DNA of 32,000 nt from Desulfocapsa sulfexigens DSM 10523 (GTDB lineage Bacteria; Desulfobacterota; Desulfobulbia; Desulfobulbales; Desulfocapsaceae), in the NCBI RefSeq assembly GCF_000341395.1, contig NC_020304.1, positions 2,910,001-2,942,000 of the forward strand. Reading direction: 5' to 3'. Positions 8,436 to 17,991 of this stretch are shown here, piece after piece. Under the pieces are notes generated by a model, which worked only from the letters and a program-made list of their open reading frames with translations, was not told the DNA's origin and did no database searches. The stretch's first letter is position 1. Each line of letters starts with the position of its first letter. A program made the position numbers and the translations under genes.

Positions 8436-8990
8436 ATGGGATTCACTGACTGGTTTGGATTAGCTATAAAGAAAAATAAAGACGTTGACGTACAAAAGAT
8501 CAAAAAACAGAGCGTGGATATGGGCGCTATGGCATCCGGCAGCCCATCTGTGGCAGCCGAGGCCCTGGGCAGAATGGTTGACCAGAACAACGCTCCGACA
8601 AAAGTTCTTATGGTGCAGGATGGGGAATATATGCAACAGGTAACAGACTATGCTCTCAAAATGGCACAACGTCTCGACTGTGAAATCATTGCGCTTGATG
8701 TCACAGACAAACCGTTGCAGTTCTCAGGTGAACGAAAAGCAAGGGAAAGTGAACGATTTATTGAGATGGCGGCCAAAAATGCAGAACAGTTCATCAACCA
8801 GGCTACTGCTCAGGGGATTAAAGTTGCTCATATCATGGATATCGCCGCGCCCGAAGAAGTGGTTGCCAGAGTAAGTGCTGCCGATGCAGGAATTCGCTAT
8901 GTTCTGAGTAAACCTGAAGGGGAAAATGCTACTGCTGACCAGCAGCGCCCCCATGTACCAGTTTTTGATCTTCACTGTTCACGTTTATAA
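8436..8990 (+). CDS. Universal stress protein (UspA)-like protein
   Basis: 184 aa from the ATG at 8436 with AAGGAGA SD; KVLMVQDGEYMQQVTDYALKMAQRLDCEIIALDV resembles the Usp beta1-alpha1-beta2 region. Track start 8367 is probably too early. Confidence 0.6.
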   Translation: MGFTDWFGLAIKKNKDVDVQKIKKQSVDMGAMASGSPSVAAEALGRMVDQNNAPTKVLMVQDGEYMQQVTDYALKMAQRLDCEIIALDVTDKPLQFSGERKARESERFIEMAAKNAEQFINQATAQGIKVAHIMDIAAPEEVVARVSAADAGIRYVLSKPEGENATADQQRPHVPVFDLHCSRL

Positions 8991-9020
8991 TTTTTGGTCA
9001 ATAATAAGAGGAGTAATATT

Positions 9021-9296
9021 ATGGAACCCCTAACACTTTTTGCCGCAACCGTTGGACTTATTGGAAGTATCCACCTTGTATCCACCACCTTTGAACGCTT
9101 TGGCAAAGGACGATATGACAAGGGGAATCAGCAGGGCAAAAGAAATGACTGGTACTGTTTTTTTCAGCCATCTGATCTTCTGGGTGAAGACTGGAACAAA
9201 ACTGAAAATAGAAATGATCGGCCAAGCCTTGGTAACTCTGAACGTCTTGATCAGGCACGTAGGCAACAGGCAAACCGCCCACGCATGCAGGTCTGA
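9021..9296 (+). CDS. Small N-terminally membrane-anchored hypothetical protein (91 aa)
   Basis: ATG at 9021 preceded by AAGAGGAGT; hydrophobic N-terminus MEPLTLFAATVGLIGSIHLV with a polar tail. Confidence 0.6.
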   Translation: MEPLTLFAATVGLIGSIHLVSTTFERFGKGRYDKGNQQGKRNDWYCFFQPSDLLGEDWNKTENRNDRPSLGNSERLDQARRQQANRPRMQV

Positions 9297-9353
9297 AATT
9301 CAAATAGAATATTTTTCCCTTACTTAATTACTTCCTGGGTAATTTGTGGGGAG

Positions 9354-9398
9354 CGAAAGAGAGCTGTCACCGTACTGGTGGCAGCTCTCTTTCGTTTT
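9354..9398 (+). terminator. Strong rho-independent terminator
   Basis: CGAAAGAGAGCTGTCACC - GTACT - GGTGGCAGCTCTCTTTCG (18-bp stem with one G:U) followed by TTTTC. Confidence 0.85.
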
Positions 9399-9634
9399 CA
9401 GCTACCATCGACGTCCTTTTCCGTGCATTATCCTTTAGAAACAGGTAACCTGCAGAAATGTTGAATATGGTTGTGTAGGGGGATATGCCTGCTTGCTATT
9501 TCTTTGTGACTCTCTAATCTGACTAAATCTTGTTAAATAGTCATTGTTTTGCATTTTGTTTTTAAAACGCTAAAATAGACATGGGAGTTATCTTGAACAA
9601 GAAGGGGTGAATTCTTGAAACAGGAGTAAACACA

Positions 9635-10021
9635 ATGAAAGGTGAAAAGAATTCCCGACTGGGGTGTGCGGTTGCGGTTGTAATAGTCTTATTGATCGCC
9701 ATTGCAACTTCTCTGTATTTCCAAAATGAAAAACAGCAGTCTTTAGTGACAAATGATGGCATTTCATGGATTGATGCAGTTGAAGAGTGCAAAAGAAAAT
9801 ACGAGGCGCATCTTCCTTCTGGACAAATCAAGGCACCAAACTGTCGGAAACGAACTGAAGATAATGAGTATTTTTATTTTTCCTGGAGTAAACCACTTGC
9901 GATCCTTGTAAAAAGATCCGACGGCAAAATCACCAAGATTGCGGGGAAATGTCAAGTCTCAAAGGAAAGCGGTGAGATTGTATCGATGACTTTAGGGAAA
10001 ACCGTATTAGTGAATAAGTAA
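9635..10021 (+). CDS. Hypothetical single-TM protein
   Basis: 128 aa; AGGAG SD upstream; N-terminal TM LGCAVAVVIVLLIAIATSLYF. Confidence 0.6.
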   Translation: MKGEKNSRLGCAVAVVIVLLIAIATSLYFQNEKQQSLVTNDGISWIDAVEECKRKYEAHLPSGQIKAPNCRKRTEDNEYFYFSWSKPLAILVKRSDGKITKIAGKCQVSKESGEIVSMTLGKTVLVNK

Positions 10022-10043
10022 GAAAATAAAAATTAAAAAGCAT

Positions 10044-10310
10044 CTATTCTTTTTTTTTCAGTCGTTGCTGAGCCTGTTCCAGAATTTCTGCAAGACTCAG
10101 AATCTTTGGTTTTGGAGGCTCAAAGATTTTCTCCTGTTCTGTGGCTGAGTAATTTTCACTGATAAATTCCTGGATTGGAAAATGCTCAAACCAACAGTCA
10201 AGGACCTTGCTGCAGGGAATACCTTTGTTAGCTGTTCTACAATATTCGAAAGTAAGAAAGTGGCCAAGCATCTTGCAATAACCTTCCCTGGTATCATGTT
10301 CATTTTTCAT
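10044..10310 (-). CDS. Small cysteine-containing hypothetical protein (88 aa)
   Basis: GGGAG-like SD before the ATG on the minus strand; composition plausible for a real protein, with five Cys. Confidence 0.5.
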   Translation of the reverse strand: MKNEHDTREGYCKMLGHFLTFEYCRTANKGIPCSKVLDCWFEHFPIQEFISENYSATEQEKIFEPPKPKILSLAEILEQAQQRLKKKE

Positions 10311-10393
10311 TACTATGCTCCCGCTTTTTTATGATGTGTGAATATGTAAATATACCACTGCAATCTTTTTCTGGCGAGAATTGAAAAGCTTTT

Positions 10394-11209
10394 ATGCAAA
10401 TGAAAAGAAAATCAGCCCTAACTCCTTTGGAAATATATAAACTCCTTGATCAGAGCAACTGTAAACGTTGCATGCTGCCAAGTTGTCTTGCATTTGCAGC
10501 AGCTGTTATTGGTGGTCAGAAAAAGCTTGAGGATTGTCCCTCTCTTTCCGAGGAAAGTAAACAGTTATTATCTGTGAATCTTGTACAGCGTAGAACGTCG
10601 GACGATATTCGTGCCGAATTTATGGAAAAACTGAAGGAACAAGTTGGAAACCTGGAGTTTTCATCGGTGGCAGAGCGTGTTGGAGGAGAGTGCGGGAAGC
10701 AGTGTGATATCCTCAGTATACGATCGCTCGGCAAAGAATTTTATGTTGATCATTGTGGTGTGGTGCGCTCCGAATGTCATATCATTCCCTGGGTTGAAGC
10801 ACCTCTGCTTTCCTATATTTGCAATCCTGATCATCAGCAGATTACTGGAAACTGGATCTCTTTTCGGGAAATCAAAGGCGGAATCGAATGGCGGGGTCTT
10901 TTCCGAAGTCGTTGTGAAACTCCGCTTAGAATTCTTGCGGACAAGTATCCCGAACTTCTTGCAGACATTGTTGAACTTTTCCTGGGAAAAGAGGTTGAGG
11001 GGTTTGAGGCAGATATTGCACTTGTCCTGCATCCGTTCCCCCACGTTCCCATCCTTATCTGCTATCAGGCCTCGGATGGAGATATAGAGTCAGAACTGAA
11101 TATATTCTTTGATGAATGCTGTGGGGTGAACCTGCACGTAAAGTCAATTTATACTCTCTGTGCAGGGCTGGTCAAAATGTTTGAGCAGATAGCCAGGAAT
11201 CACTATTGA
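10394..11209 (+). CDS. Fe-S domain / DUF3786-like protein
   Basis: N-terminal CKRCMLPSC-x16-C pattern typical of the FeS (C-x2-C-x4-C-x16-C) domain, then a DUF3786-like region (GKEFYVDHCGVV, PLLSYI, GNWISFREIKGG). Confidence 0.7.
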   Translation: MQMKRKSALTPLEIYKLLDQSNCKRCMLPSCLAFAAAVIGGQKKLEDCPSLSEESKQLLSVNLVQRRTSDDIRAEFMEKLKEQVGNLEFSSVAERVGGECGKQCDILSIRSLGKEFYVDHCGVVRSECHIIPWVEAPLLSYICNPDHQQITGNWISFREIKGGIEWRGLFRSRCETPLRILADKYPELLADIVELFLGKEVEGFEADIALVLHPFPHVPILICYQASDGDIESELNIFFDECCGVNLHVKSIYTLCAGLVKMFEQIARNHY

Positions 11210-11212
11210 TTC

Positions 11213-12376
11213 CTACAGACAATTGTTGAGCACTGCTTCAATTTTTTCACTATCGTAATCTTGCATCCGCCATACTTTGGCGAGGGTGAGTGCGTTCTCT
11301 GCAATTTTGGGAATATCTTCCTTCGGGATATTGAGCGCGCTGATAGTAGTTGGCGAACTGATCGCTTTGAACCATGACTCCAGGGCGTTGATTCCTTCTT
11401 CTGCTTTTTCTGAACTACTCCCCTTGCGAATGTCAAAGACCCGATCTGCAAATTGGGAAAAACGCTGGGGTTTTGTGGCAGCGTGGTAACGCATCCATCC
11501 CGGAATAATGGCAGAAAGGCCTGCACCGTGAGGAACATTGTAAAAGGCTGAGAGGGAATGTTCTATCATATGCATGGGAAAACCGACCTTTCCAAGTCCT
11601 GCCCCTGTCAATCCATTCAGTGCAAGTGTTGCGGTCCACATAAGGTCTGCCCGTGCTTGATAGTCATTGGGGGTATTCAGAACTCTGTTGCAGCTTTCCA
11701 TGGCATTGATTACCAGGCCTTCCATCAGTCTATCCTGAACAGGAGTATAGGGGTCTTCCTTCGTGAAATAGAATTCAAGCACGTGGGCCACAGCATCAAC
11801 AGCACCATAGGCTGTGTAATCGGCAGGGACGGAACAGGTAACAGCAGGATCGAGGATGGATGTTTTTGGAAATAACAGTTTATTGGCAAAACCAAATTTC
11901 TGTGATGTCGTCTCGTTGGTTATAACCATTCCTGAATTCATTTCAGAACCGGAGGCCGCAAGGGTGAGCACGGTGGTGAGGGGAAGGGTTGACTTAATAC
12001 TTTTTTTCCCAGTGAAAAATTTCCATACGTCGTGTTGAACTGTGGCTCCTGCACAGATTGCCTTAGCTTCATCTATAACTGATCCTCCGCCAACTGCACA
12101 AATCACATCACATTTGTTATCTTTTGCAAGCTGTATACCCACCTGCACATGCGAAAGAAGCGGGTTGGACTGCACACCGCCGTGCTCTGTGATTGTCGCT
12201 CCTGCAGCGCCGAGTGATTGAGTAACCTCTTTATAAAGGCCGTTTTTCTTTATGGATCCGGATCCATAAACCAGAAGAACATTTTTTCCAAAAAGAAGCG
12301 TTTCCTCTCCAATTGAAGACACAGTATTTTTACCGAACAGGATCTTGGTTGGGTTGTGAAAGACAAAATTTTGCAT
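11213..12376 (-). CDS. Iron-containing alcohol dehydrogenase (BdhA/YqhD-like)
   Basis: 387 aa; NPTKILFGKNTVSSIG, AVGGGSVIDEAKAICAG, ASGSEMNSGMVITN, metal-binding HVLE and H-x3-H-type elements (MHMIEHSLSAFYNVPHGAGLS). Confidence 0.9.
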   Translation of the reverse strand: MQNFVFHNPTKILFGKNTVSSIGEETLLFGKNVLLVYGSGSIKKNGLYKEVTQSLGAAGATITEHGGVQSNPLLSHVQVGIQLAKDNKCDVICAVGGGSVIDEAKAICAGATVQHDVWKFFTGKKSIKSTLPLTTVLTLAASGSEMNSGMVITNETTSQKFGFANKLLFPKTSILDPAVTCSVPADYTAYGAVDAVAHVLEFYFTKEDPYTPVQDRLMEGLVINAMESCNRVLNTPNDYQARADLMWTATLALNGLTGAGLGKVGFPMHMIEHSLSAFYNVPHGAGLSAIIPGWMRYHAATKPQRFSQFADRVFDIRKGSSSEKAEEGINALESWFKAISSPTTISALNIPKEDIPKIAENALTLAKVWRMQDYDSEKIEAVLNNCL

Positions 12377-12439
12377 GGAATATACCTGGCTGAGAGTAGG
12401 GATTGAATGTGTGGTTTCAGGTTGTTTTTGAGGGGTATG

Positions 12440-13327
12440 TCAGGCAGTAATGGTTTGCGTGAATGTTTGGGTTAAATCAATAAAGGCATCAAGGTCAAGT
12501 GTCTCTGCCCGTGTTCCAGGTGAAAGTCCAGATTTCTTGATACAGTCTCTGGTGAGCTCTTTCTCTTTCTTTTTATCACCGTTTGCAATTTCCTTGAAAA
12601 AACCACCACCAGTGAGAGTGTTGAGCAGAGTTTTTCTCCTCTGGCTGAAGGCTGCACGGACAATCTTTTGAAAAAGAAGTCTGTCATAGATTCTGCTGCC
12701 GATGGCCTCTGTGGCGGAAAAATCAATAAAAACTACTATGGAGTCAATCTTGGGTCGGGGGTGAAACTCGGCAGGTTTCAAGGTTAGTAGTGATTTTACC
12801 GTGGCGCAGCTTTTTAGTAACACCGTGGGGATACCATATTGTTTCGTTCCAGGTTCGGCAGTGAGACGGTCTGCCACCTCTTTTTGGAGCATTATGGTGG
12901 CCCAGTCCATTTTTTCCTGATTCGCTATAAGCGTAAATAAAAAAGGATTTGAAATGGAGTAGGGGAGGTTGGCCATAATTTTCAGGGGGCCTTTGCTGAG
13001 TTTGTAGAGTTCCTCAAAATCAGCCTTGAGGATATCCTGATGGATCAAGGTGACATTGGCGGGAAGATCTTCCTTTTCCTGATGAAATCGAACAATACCA
13101 CTATCCACTTCCAGGCCGATTACCTGCGAGGCACGGTTAGCAATAGGCTGGGTGAGTGCGCCAAGGCCAACTCCCACCTCAATTATAATGTCACTCTCGG
13201 TGATTGGACCACAGCGGGCAACGGCTTCAGCGGTAGCCCTGTTGACAAGAAAATTTTGCCCAAGTTGTTTTTTTGGGGCAAGATTTTCTTCTCTGAGTGA
13301 TTTTCTGGTTTCACCGTATCGGGTCAT
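12440..13327 (-). CDS. rsmA: 16S rRNA (adenine(1518)-N(6)/adenine(1519)-N(6))-dimethyltransferase
   Basis: PKKQLGQNFLVNRATAEAV, IIEVGVGLGALTQPI, MANLPYSISNPFLF, QKEVADRLTAEPGTKQYG. Confidence 0.95.
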   Translation of the reverse strand: MTRYGETRKSLREENLAPKKQLGQNFLVNRATAEAVARCGPITESDIIIEVGVGLGALTQPIANRASQVIGLEVDSGIVRFHQEKEDLPANVTLIHQDILKADFEELYKLSKGPLKIMANLPYSISNPFLFTLIANQEKMDWATIMLQKEVADRLTAEPGTKQYGIPTVLLKSCATVKSLLTLKPAEFHPRPKIDSIVVFIDFSATEAIGSRIYDRLLFQKIVRAAFSQRRKTLLNTLTGGGFFKEIANGDKKKEKELTRDCIKKSGLSPGTRAETLDLDAFIDLTQTFTQTITA

Positions 13328-13862
13328 GAATTTCCTTTTTCTGTTTAATCGTTTTCTTTTTGGCCCGGAGGATATGTCTCTCTCTGCGTTTTTCTCTGAT
13401 TTTGAGAAAGAGGCGCAGGGTGAAAAAATACCAGAAAACCGCAGTTGGAAGAGCTAAGATCATTCCGCCACTCAACATGACAATGATAATTTCAGTCCCC
13501 TGATTGGCAAGCATGGTAACGGATTGTTTGAAACCGTGCTCTGAAATAATAACGTTGAGAATAGTATGAATTGTTTCCCAGTTGACTTTATAGGGTGTAA
13601 TAAAGTTTCCAATAACCATGCTCAGGTAATATATCGGAATGTAGGTGAAGGGGTTGCTGATTACAAGACTGGAAAAAAGACCAGCCATGGTTGAGGTTCT
13701 AGTCATCACACAGACTGCTATGATTCCAATGGTGTGGAACGGCATCACCGGCATTGTCCCGATTAACGCACCAATGCAGGCTCCCCAGGCGATATCCTTC
13801 GGGGCACCCTTGATCCTCACAAATTTGAGGTAATAAAATTTTTTCAGCCGCGTAAAGTTCAT
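13311..13862 (-). CDS. DUF2062 domain-containing membrane protein
   Basis: 183 aa; GAPKDIAWGACIGALIGTMPVMPFHT and SNPFTYIPIYYLSMVIG; overlaps the rsmA start. Confidence 0.85.
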   Translation of the reverse strand: MNFTRLKKFYYLKFVRIKGAPKDIAWGACIGALIGTMPVMPFHTIGIIAVCVMTRTSTMAGLFSSLVISNPFTYIPIYYLSMVIGNFITPYKVNWETIHTILNVIISEHGFKQSVTMLANQGTEIIIVMLSGGMILALPTAVFWYFFTLRLFLKIREKRRERHILRAKKKTIKQKKEIHDPIR

Positions 13863-13969
13863 ATTATATATTAGCAGAATTTGTCTGGCAATCTAACCAC
13901 CTGATCAAGAAAAATACAATATAAGTTGAATTTGAAAGCTGAAAATACTTTCAGGCTTGTTGTGTGCCC

Positions 13970-14476
13970 TTACCTGTAGTTGAGAATATGTTTTTTACGT
14001 TTCTTTTCGCGGATTTTCAGAAAGAGCTGTAATGACATATAATAACCGACAACTGTGAACGGCAGAGCCAAAATCGACCCGCCGACAAGTAAAACAATAA
14101 CTGCTTCATATCCGAGTCCGGCAAGGGCATGCAGAGATTCCATAATCCCGGGTTTAGCAACTATAATGTCCAGCACAGCTTTCATCCGTTCCCAGGAAAA
14201 TTCATAGGGGGTTGCTGCATTGCCGATTACTATTGAAAAGTAATACTGGGGGATATAGGTGAGTGGGTTACAGACAATCACGGAGGCTAGTATAGCAGCA
14301 ATTGGTGAGGTTCTGGTGAGAAAGGTGACCAGCAGGTTAAGGACAGTATGAAAGGGAATTATGGGTGTTATTCCAAGAAATGTACCAACGGCTGTTCCTC
14401 TGGCAAGGTATTTGGGATCACCTTGAAGGCGGGTGAATTTCAGGTAATAGTAGCGGAATGTGCGTTTGGGGTTCAT
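13970..14476 (-). CDS. DUF2062 domain-containing membrane protein (paralogue of 13311-13862)
   Basis: 168 aa; GDPKYLARGTAVGTFLGITPIIPFHT and CNPLTYIPQYYFSIVIG. Confidence 0.85.
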   Translation of the reverse strand: MNPKRTFRYYYLKFTRLQGDPKYLARGTAVGTFLGITPIIPFHTVLNLLVTFLTRTSPIAAILASVIVCNPLTYIPQYYFSIVIGNAATPYEFSWERMKAVLDIIVAKPGIMESLHALAGLGYEAVIVLLVGGSILALPFTVVGYYMSLQLFLKIREKKRKKHILNYR

Positions 14477-14481
14477 GGAGT

Positions 14482-15516
14482 TTATGCCAGTAAGGAACGG
14501 CAGTAAACGTCACTGTCATACGAAAAATGAGAATTCTGGCGATGCTGGTGAACGCCTGCGATTGCGATCATGGCGCCATTGTCGGTGCAGTAGGCTGGAC
14601 GAGGTACATAGAGCCTGTTTCCTTCGTCCTGGCAGCGCTTTTCCATGTGTCGTCGAAGTCGTGGGTTAGAGGAAACCCCGCCACCCAGAACCACCGTATG
14701 GATATTCTGCTGAGTGGCGGCAAGCATGGTCTTTTCCACAAGAATGTCAACTACCGCTTCCTGGAAGGAGGCGCAGATATCTGCAATCTGCAGAGGGTTT
14801 TTCTTTTGACCTTCGTTGTTGCAGTGGTTTAATACTGCCGTTTTCAGTCCCGAAAAACTAAAATCCAGAGAGTCTTTTTCAAGCCATGAGCGTGGGAATT
14901 TTATGGCATCTGGCGTTCCGGATTGGGCTTCCCTTGATATGATTGGTCCACCGGGGTACGGGAAACCAAGGAGTTTAGCGACCTTGTCAAAGGCCTCCCC
15001 TGCTGCATCATCACGGGTTCTACCAAGAAGGGTGAAGCTCGTATAACTGTCTGCCCGGTAAATAGAGCTTGTTCCTCCGGAAACAATAAGCGCGATAAAG
15101 GGGAATTCCGGCTTATCTTCTTCAAGAAAAACAGACAGAATGTGGCCAGCCATATGATCCACACCGACACAGGGGATTTTGCTCACGTAGGAGAGTGCCT
15201 TGGCATAGGAAAAACCGACAAGTAAAGACCCTATCAGCCCTGGCCCCTGGGTTACTGCGAGAAGATCAATATCCTTCAGGTTGACTTCTGCTCGCGCCAG
15301 GGCTTCATTGACAACGGGAACAATGGATTCAAGGTGATTTCGTGATGCGAGTTCCGGTACGACTCCACCAAAACGAGTATGGATACTGTCCTGGCTGGTG
15401 AGAACGGAGGAGAGTAGTCTGCAATCATCCTGTAGCACTGCAGCGGCGGTATCATCACAGGAGCTTTCAATTCCTAGTGTCAGCATTTTTATTGCCTGTT
15501 TTTTTACAGTCGCCAT
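14482..15516 (-). CDS. tsaD: tRNA N6-adenosine threonylcarbamoyltransferase
   Basis: GIESSCDDTAAAV, GPGLIGSLLVGFSYAKAL, HMAGHILSV, FIALIVSGGTSS, DFSFSGLKTAV, YCTDNGAMIA. Start may be the downstream ATG at 15486. Confidence 0.95.
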   Translation of the reverse strand: MATVKKQAIKMLTLGIESSCDDTAAAVLQDDCRLLSSVLTSQDSIHTRFGGVVPELASRNHLESIVPVVNEALARAEVNLKDIDLLAVTQGPGLIGSLLVGFSYAKALSYVSKIPCVGVDHMAGHILSVFLEEDKPEFPFIALIVSGGTSSIYRADSYTSFTLLGRTRDDAAGEAFDKVAKLLGFPYPGGPIISREAQSGTPDAIKFPRSWLEKDSLDFSFSGLKTAVLNHCNNEGQKKNPLQIADICASFQEAVVDILVEKTMLAATQQNIHTVVLGGGVSSNPRLRRHMEKRCQDEGNRLYVPRPAYCTDNGAMIAIAGVHQHRQNSHFSYDSDVYCRSLLA

Positions 15517-15670
15517 TGGCAGCAGAATAAATAACTACTGGCAGAAAAGGCGCAATCGGGGTAAGAGGAGGCCAATATATTAGTCCTTACCATCAAAGTC
15601 AATGGTGTGTAGGATATAGAAGTCCGTATATAAATATTATCTGCAATTATTCTTTCTCAAATGTAAGTAT

Positions 15671-16702
15671 ATGAGTACATCTGACCAGAACATACATTCC
15701 AGTAATGAGCTAGTTGATATGTTTTCACGAACTATCTCCTATCTTCGCCTCTCTCTGACAGATCGCTGTAATCTCCGCTGTGTCTACTGTATGCCTGTCG
15801 ACAATGATAAGGGGCTCGAAGTGCTGCAGCATGAAGATTTGCTGAGCTATGAAGAGCTTCTGCGTATAGTCAAGTTGGTGGTGGGTATGGGGATGAATAA
15901 AATTCGTCTCACAGGCGGAGAGCCATTGGTGCGGCGTGGAGTTATGAATTTTATTGAGAGCTTGTCGCAAATTAATGGACTTGATGAGATTCGCCTGACC
16001 ACCAATGGTGTTCTGTTGCATGAAAAAGCAGAGGGATTGTATCGTGCAGGTATTCGTAAACTGAATATTTCACTGGACAGTATGCGCCCCGAGCGTTTCA
16101 TGAAAATAACGGGAGTTGATCTTTTTCACAGAGTCTGGCAGGGAATCGAAACTGCAGAGCGTCTTGGTTTTGACGTCAAACTCAATGTGGTTGCAATGAA
16201 AGGGGTAAATGATGACGAGTTTGTTGATTTTGCCAGACTTGCAGTGGAAAAACCGTATCAGGTCCGCTTTATCGAGTTTATGCCGGTGGGCGACAGATCC
16301 ACCTGGAATGAAGCCTCCTATATTTCTTCAACTGAACTCAAGAAACGTATCGGAGATATTGGAGTCCTTGAGCCGCTGCCAGGATCCAAGATGGATGGTC
16401 CTGCCAGAGTTTATTCACTCACAAGCGTTGACGGCTTACAGGGGAGAGTTGGTTTTATCAGCCCGATAAGCCACCATTTCTGTGACACCTGCAATCGCCT
16501 GCGCCTCACTTCAGCCGGGAGGTTGAGAGCTTGTCTTCTGAATGATAAGGAGGCAGATCTTAAGAGTCTGCTCAGGAAAGGAGCCACGGATGACGAGATT
16601 AAAGGGCTTATCAGGCAGACTATCCTTGATAAGCCCAAGGGGCATACTCTGGCTGAAGATCAGGCCAGATGCAGTGGCCAGATGTCACGCATCGGAGGAT
16701 GA
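15671..16702 (+). CDS. moaA: GTP 3',8-cyclase MoaA (radical SAM)
   Basis: YLRLSLTDRCNLRCVYCMP, LTGGEPLVRRG, FIEFMPVGD, SHHFCDTCNRLRLTSAGRLRACL. Confidence 0.95.
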   Translation: MSTSDQNIHSSNELVDMFSRTISYLRLSLTDRCNLRCVYCMPVDNDKGLEVLQHEDLLSYEELLRIVKLVVGMGMNKIRLTGGEPLVRRGVMNFIESLSQINGLDEIRLTTNGVLLHEKAEGLYRAGIRKLNISLDSMRPERFMKITGVDLFHRVWQGIETAERLGFDVKLNVVAMKGVNDDEFVDFARLAVEKPYQVRFIEFMPVGDRSTWNEASYISSTELKKRIGDIGVLEPLPGSKMDGPARVYSLTSVDGLQGRVGFISPISHHFCDTCNRLRLTSAGRLRACLLNDKEADLKSLLRKGATDDEIKGLIRQTILDKPKGHTLAEDQARCSGQMSRIGG

Positions 16703-17773
16703 TTCGTCCGCCTGCGGATAGGAACCAAGCCATTCATAATATGAGCAGAGTGAGTTAAGGGTTTTGCAGCAATCCTTGATATGTTCATCTTCAATATGAC
16801 CCATCAGGTCAAGGAAGAAGAGGTATTTCCACTGTTTTCCCTTGATTGGTCTGGATTCAATCTTTGCCAGGTTGATACCAGCGCGGGCAATAACACTTAA
16901 AATCTCGTTTAAGGCACCCGGACGCTCCATAATTCCCAGGAGCAGGGATGTTCTGTCAGCACCGCTTGGTGATGGAGACTCTTTTCCAATAACCAGAAAG
17001 CGTGTTGTGTTACCCCGGTAGTCTTCAATCCCTCTTACCACCACCTGCAGGTCGTAGGTCTTGATAGCGAGAGAAGAGGCTATTGCCCCGATATTAGGAT
17101 TGTTTGCTGCCATCTGAGCTGCCGCACCGGTCGAAAAAACAGGAAGGGTGGGGCAGGACGGTAGGTGTTTACGCAGCCATTCCCGACATTGGGCAAGTGG
17201 CTGGGTATGGGATGCCACTGTCTGGATATCGCTGATATCTCCAGATTTGCAGACAAGATTGTGGGTTATTTCCATCCGCACTTCACCACAAATTTTGGTT
17301 CTGTATTGCATAAAGGAATCAAGCGTTGAAAAAACGGCACCCTCGATGGAGTTTTCAACGGGAACGATTCCGTACTGAGTTCGACCTTTTTCCACCTCCG
17401 AAAAAACATCAGCGATGGATTCCATTGGGCTGTATGTGGCTGATTGGCCAAAGTATTTCACCCCAGCCAGATGGGTGAAGGTTGCCTCGGGGCCAAGATA
17501 TGCTACTGCAATCTTCTGCTGGGAAAGTCTGCATGTGGTGATGATTTCATGGAAGATTGAGTGAAGCGAATTGTCTGGAAATACTCCATCATTAAGCTTT
17601 GTCAGGCGTTCATAAATCTGCCTCTCGCGCAGAGGGTCCCATTTGGCACGCTTACTTTCATCTTTTAGCTGGCCAATGGACTTGGCAAGGGAAAGACGTT
17701 CTTTGAGGAGCTCAAGAATAGTATTGTCAATCTTGTCTATTCCATCGCGAACCGGTGTGAGATCTTTTGCCAT
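16685..17773 (-). CDS. pheA: Bifunctional chorismate mutase / prephenate dehydratase
   Basis: N-terminal CM domain (IDKIDNTILELLKERLSLAKSIG), PDT domain (VAYLGPEATFTHLA, YGIVPVENSIEGAV, RGIEDYRGNTTRFLVIG), ACT domain (GALNEILSVIARAGINLAKIESRP). Confidence 0.95.
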   Translation of the reverse strand: MAKDLTPVRDGIDKIDNTILELLKERLSLAKSIGQLKDESKRAKWDPLRERQIYERLTKLNDGVFPDNSLHSIFHEIITTCRLSQQKIAVAYLGPEATFTHLAGVKYFGQSATYSPMESIADVFSEVEKGRTQYGIVPVENSIEGAVFSTLDSFMQYRTKICGEVRMEITHNLVCKSGDISDIQTVASHTQPLAQCREWLRKHLPSCPTLPVFSTGAAAQMAANNPNIGAIASSLAIKTYDLQVVVRGIEDYRGNTTRFLVIGKESPSPSGADRTSLLLGIMERPGALNEILSVIARAGINLAKIESRPIKGKQWKYLFFLDLMGHIEDEHIKDCCKTLNSLCSYYEWLGSYPQADESSSDA

Positions 17774-17991
17774 TTTGCTTCCTTTCTCAGAAATAGTATT
17801 GTTTAAATCTAGAGTGATTTATGAAGAACAACGGCGGAATGTAGGTCAAAGAAAAAAGTATGTCAAGTTGTAAAAAATGACTGGAATAAGCGGTTCTCCC
17901 GAGATATAGTCATTTTTCGTGCAAATTTATGCGTTTCCTGACATATGCATTTAACAGTGTTAAATTGTTTTATAAAAAGAGAAATCCAGTC

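Noticed and set aside
16685-16702. 18-bp convergent overlap of moaA and pheA 3' ends
   Set aside because: Real but common; small tail-to-tail overlaps are not informative on their own.
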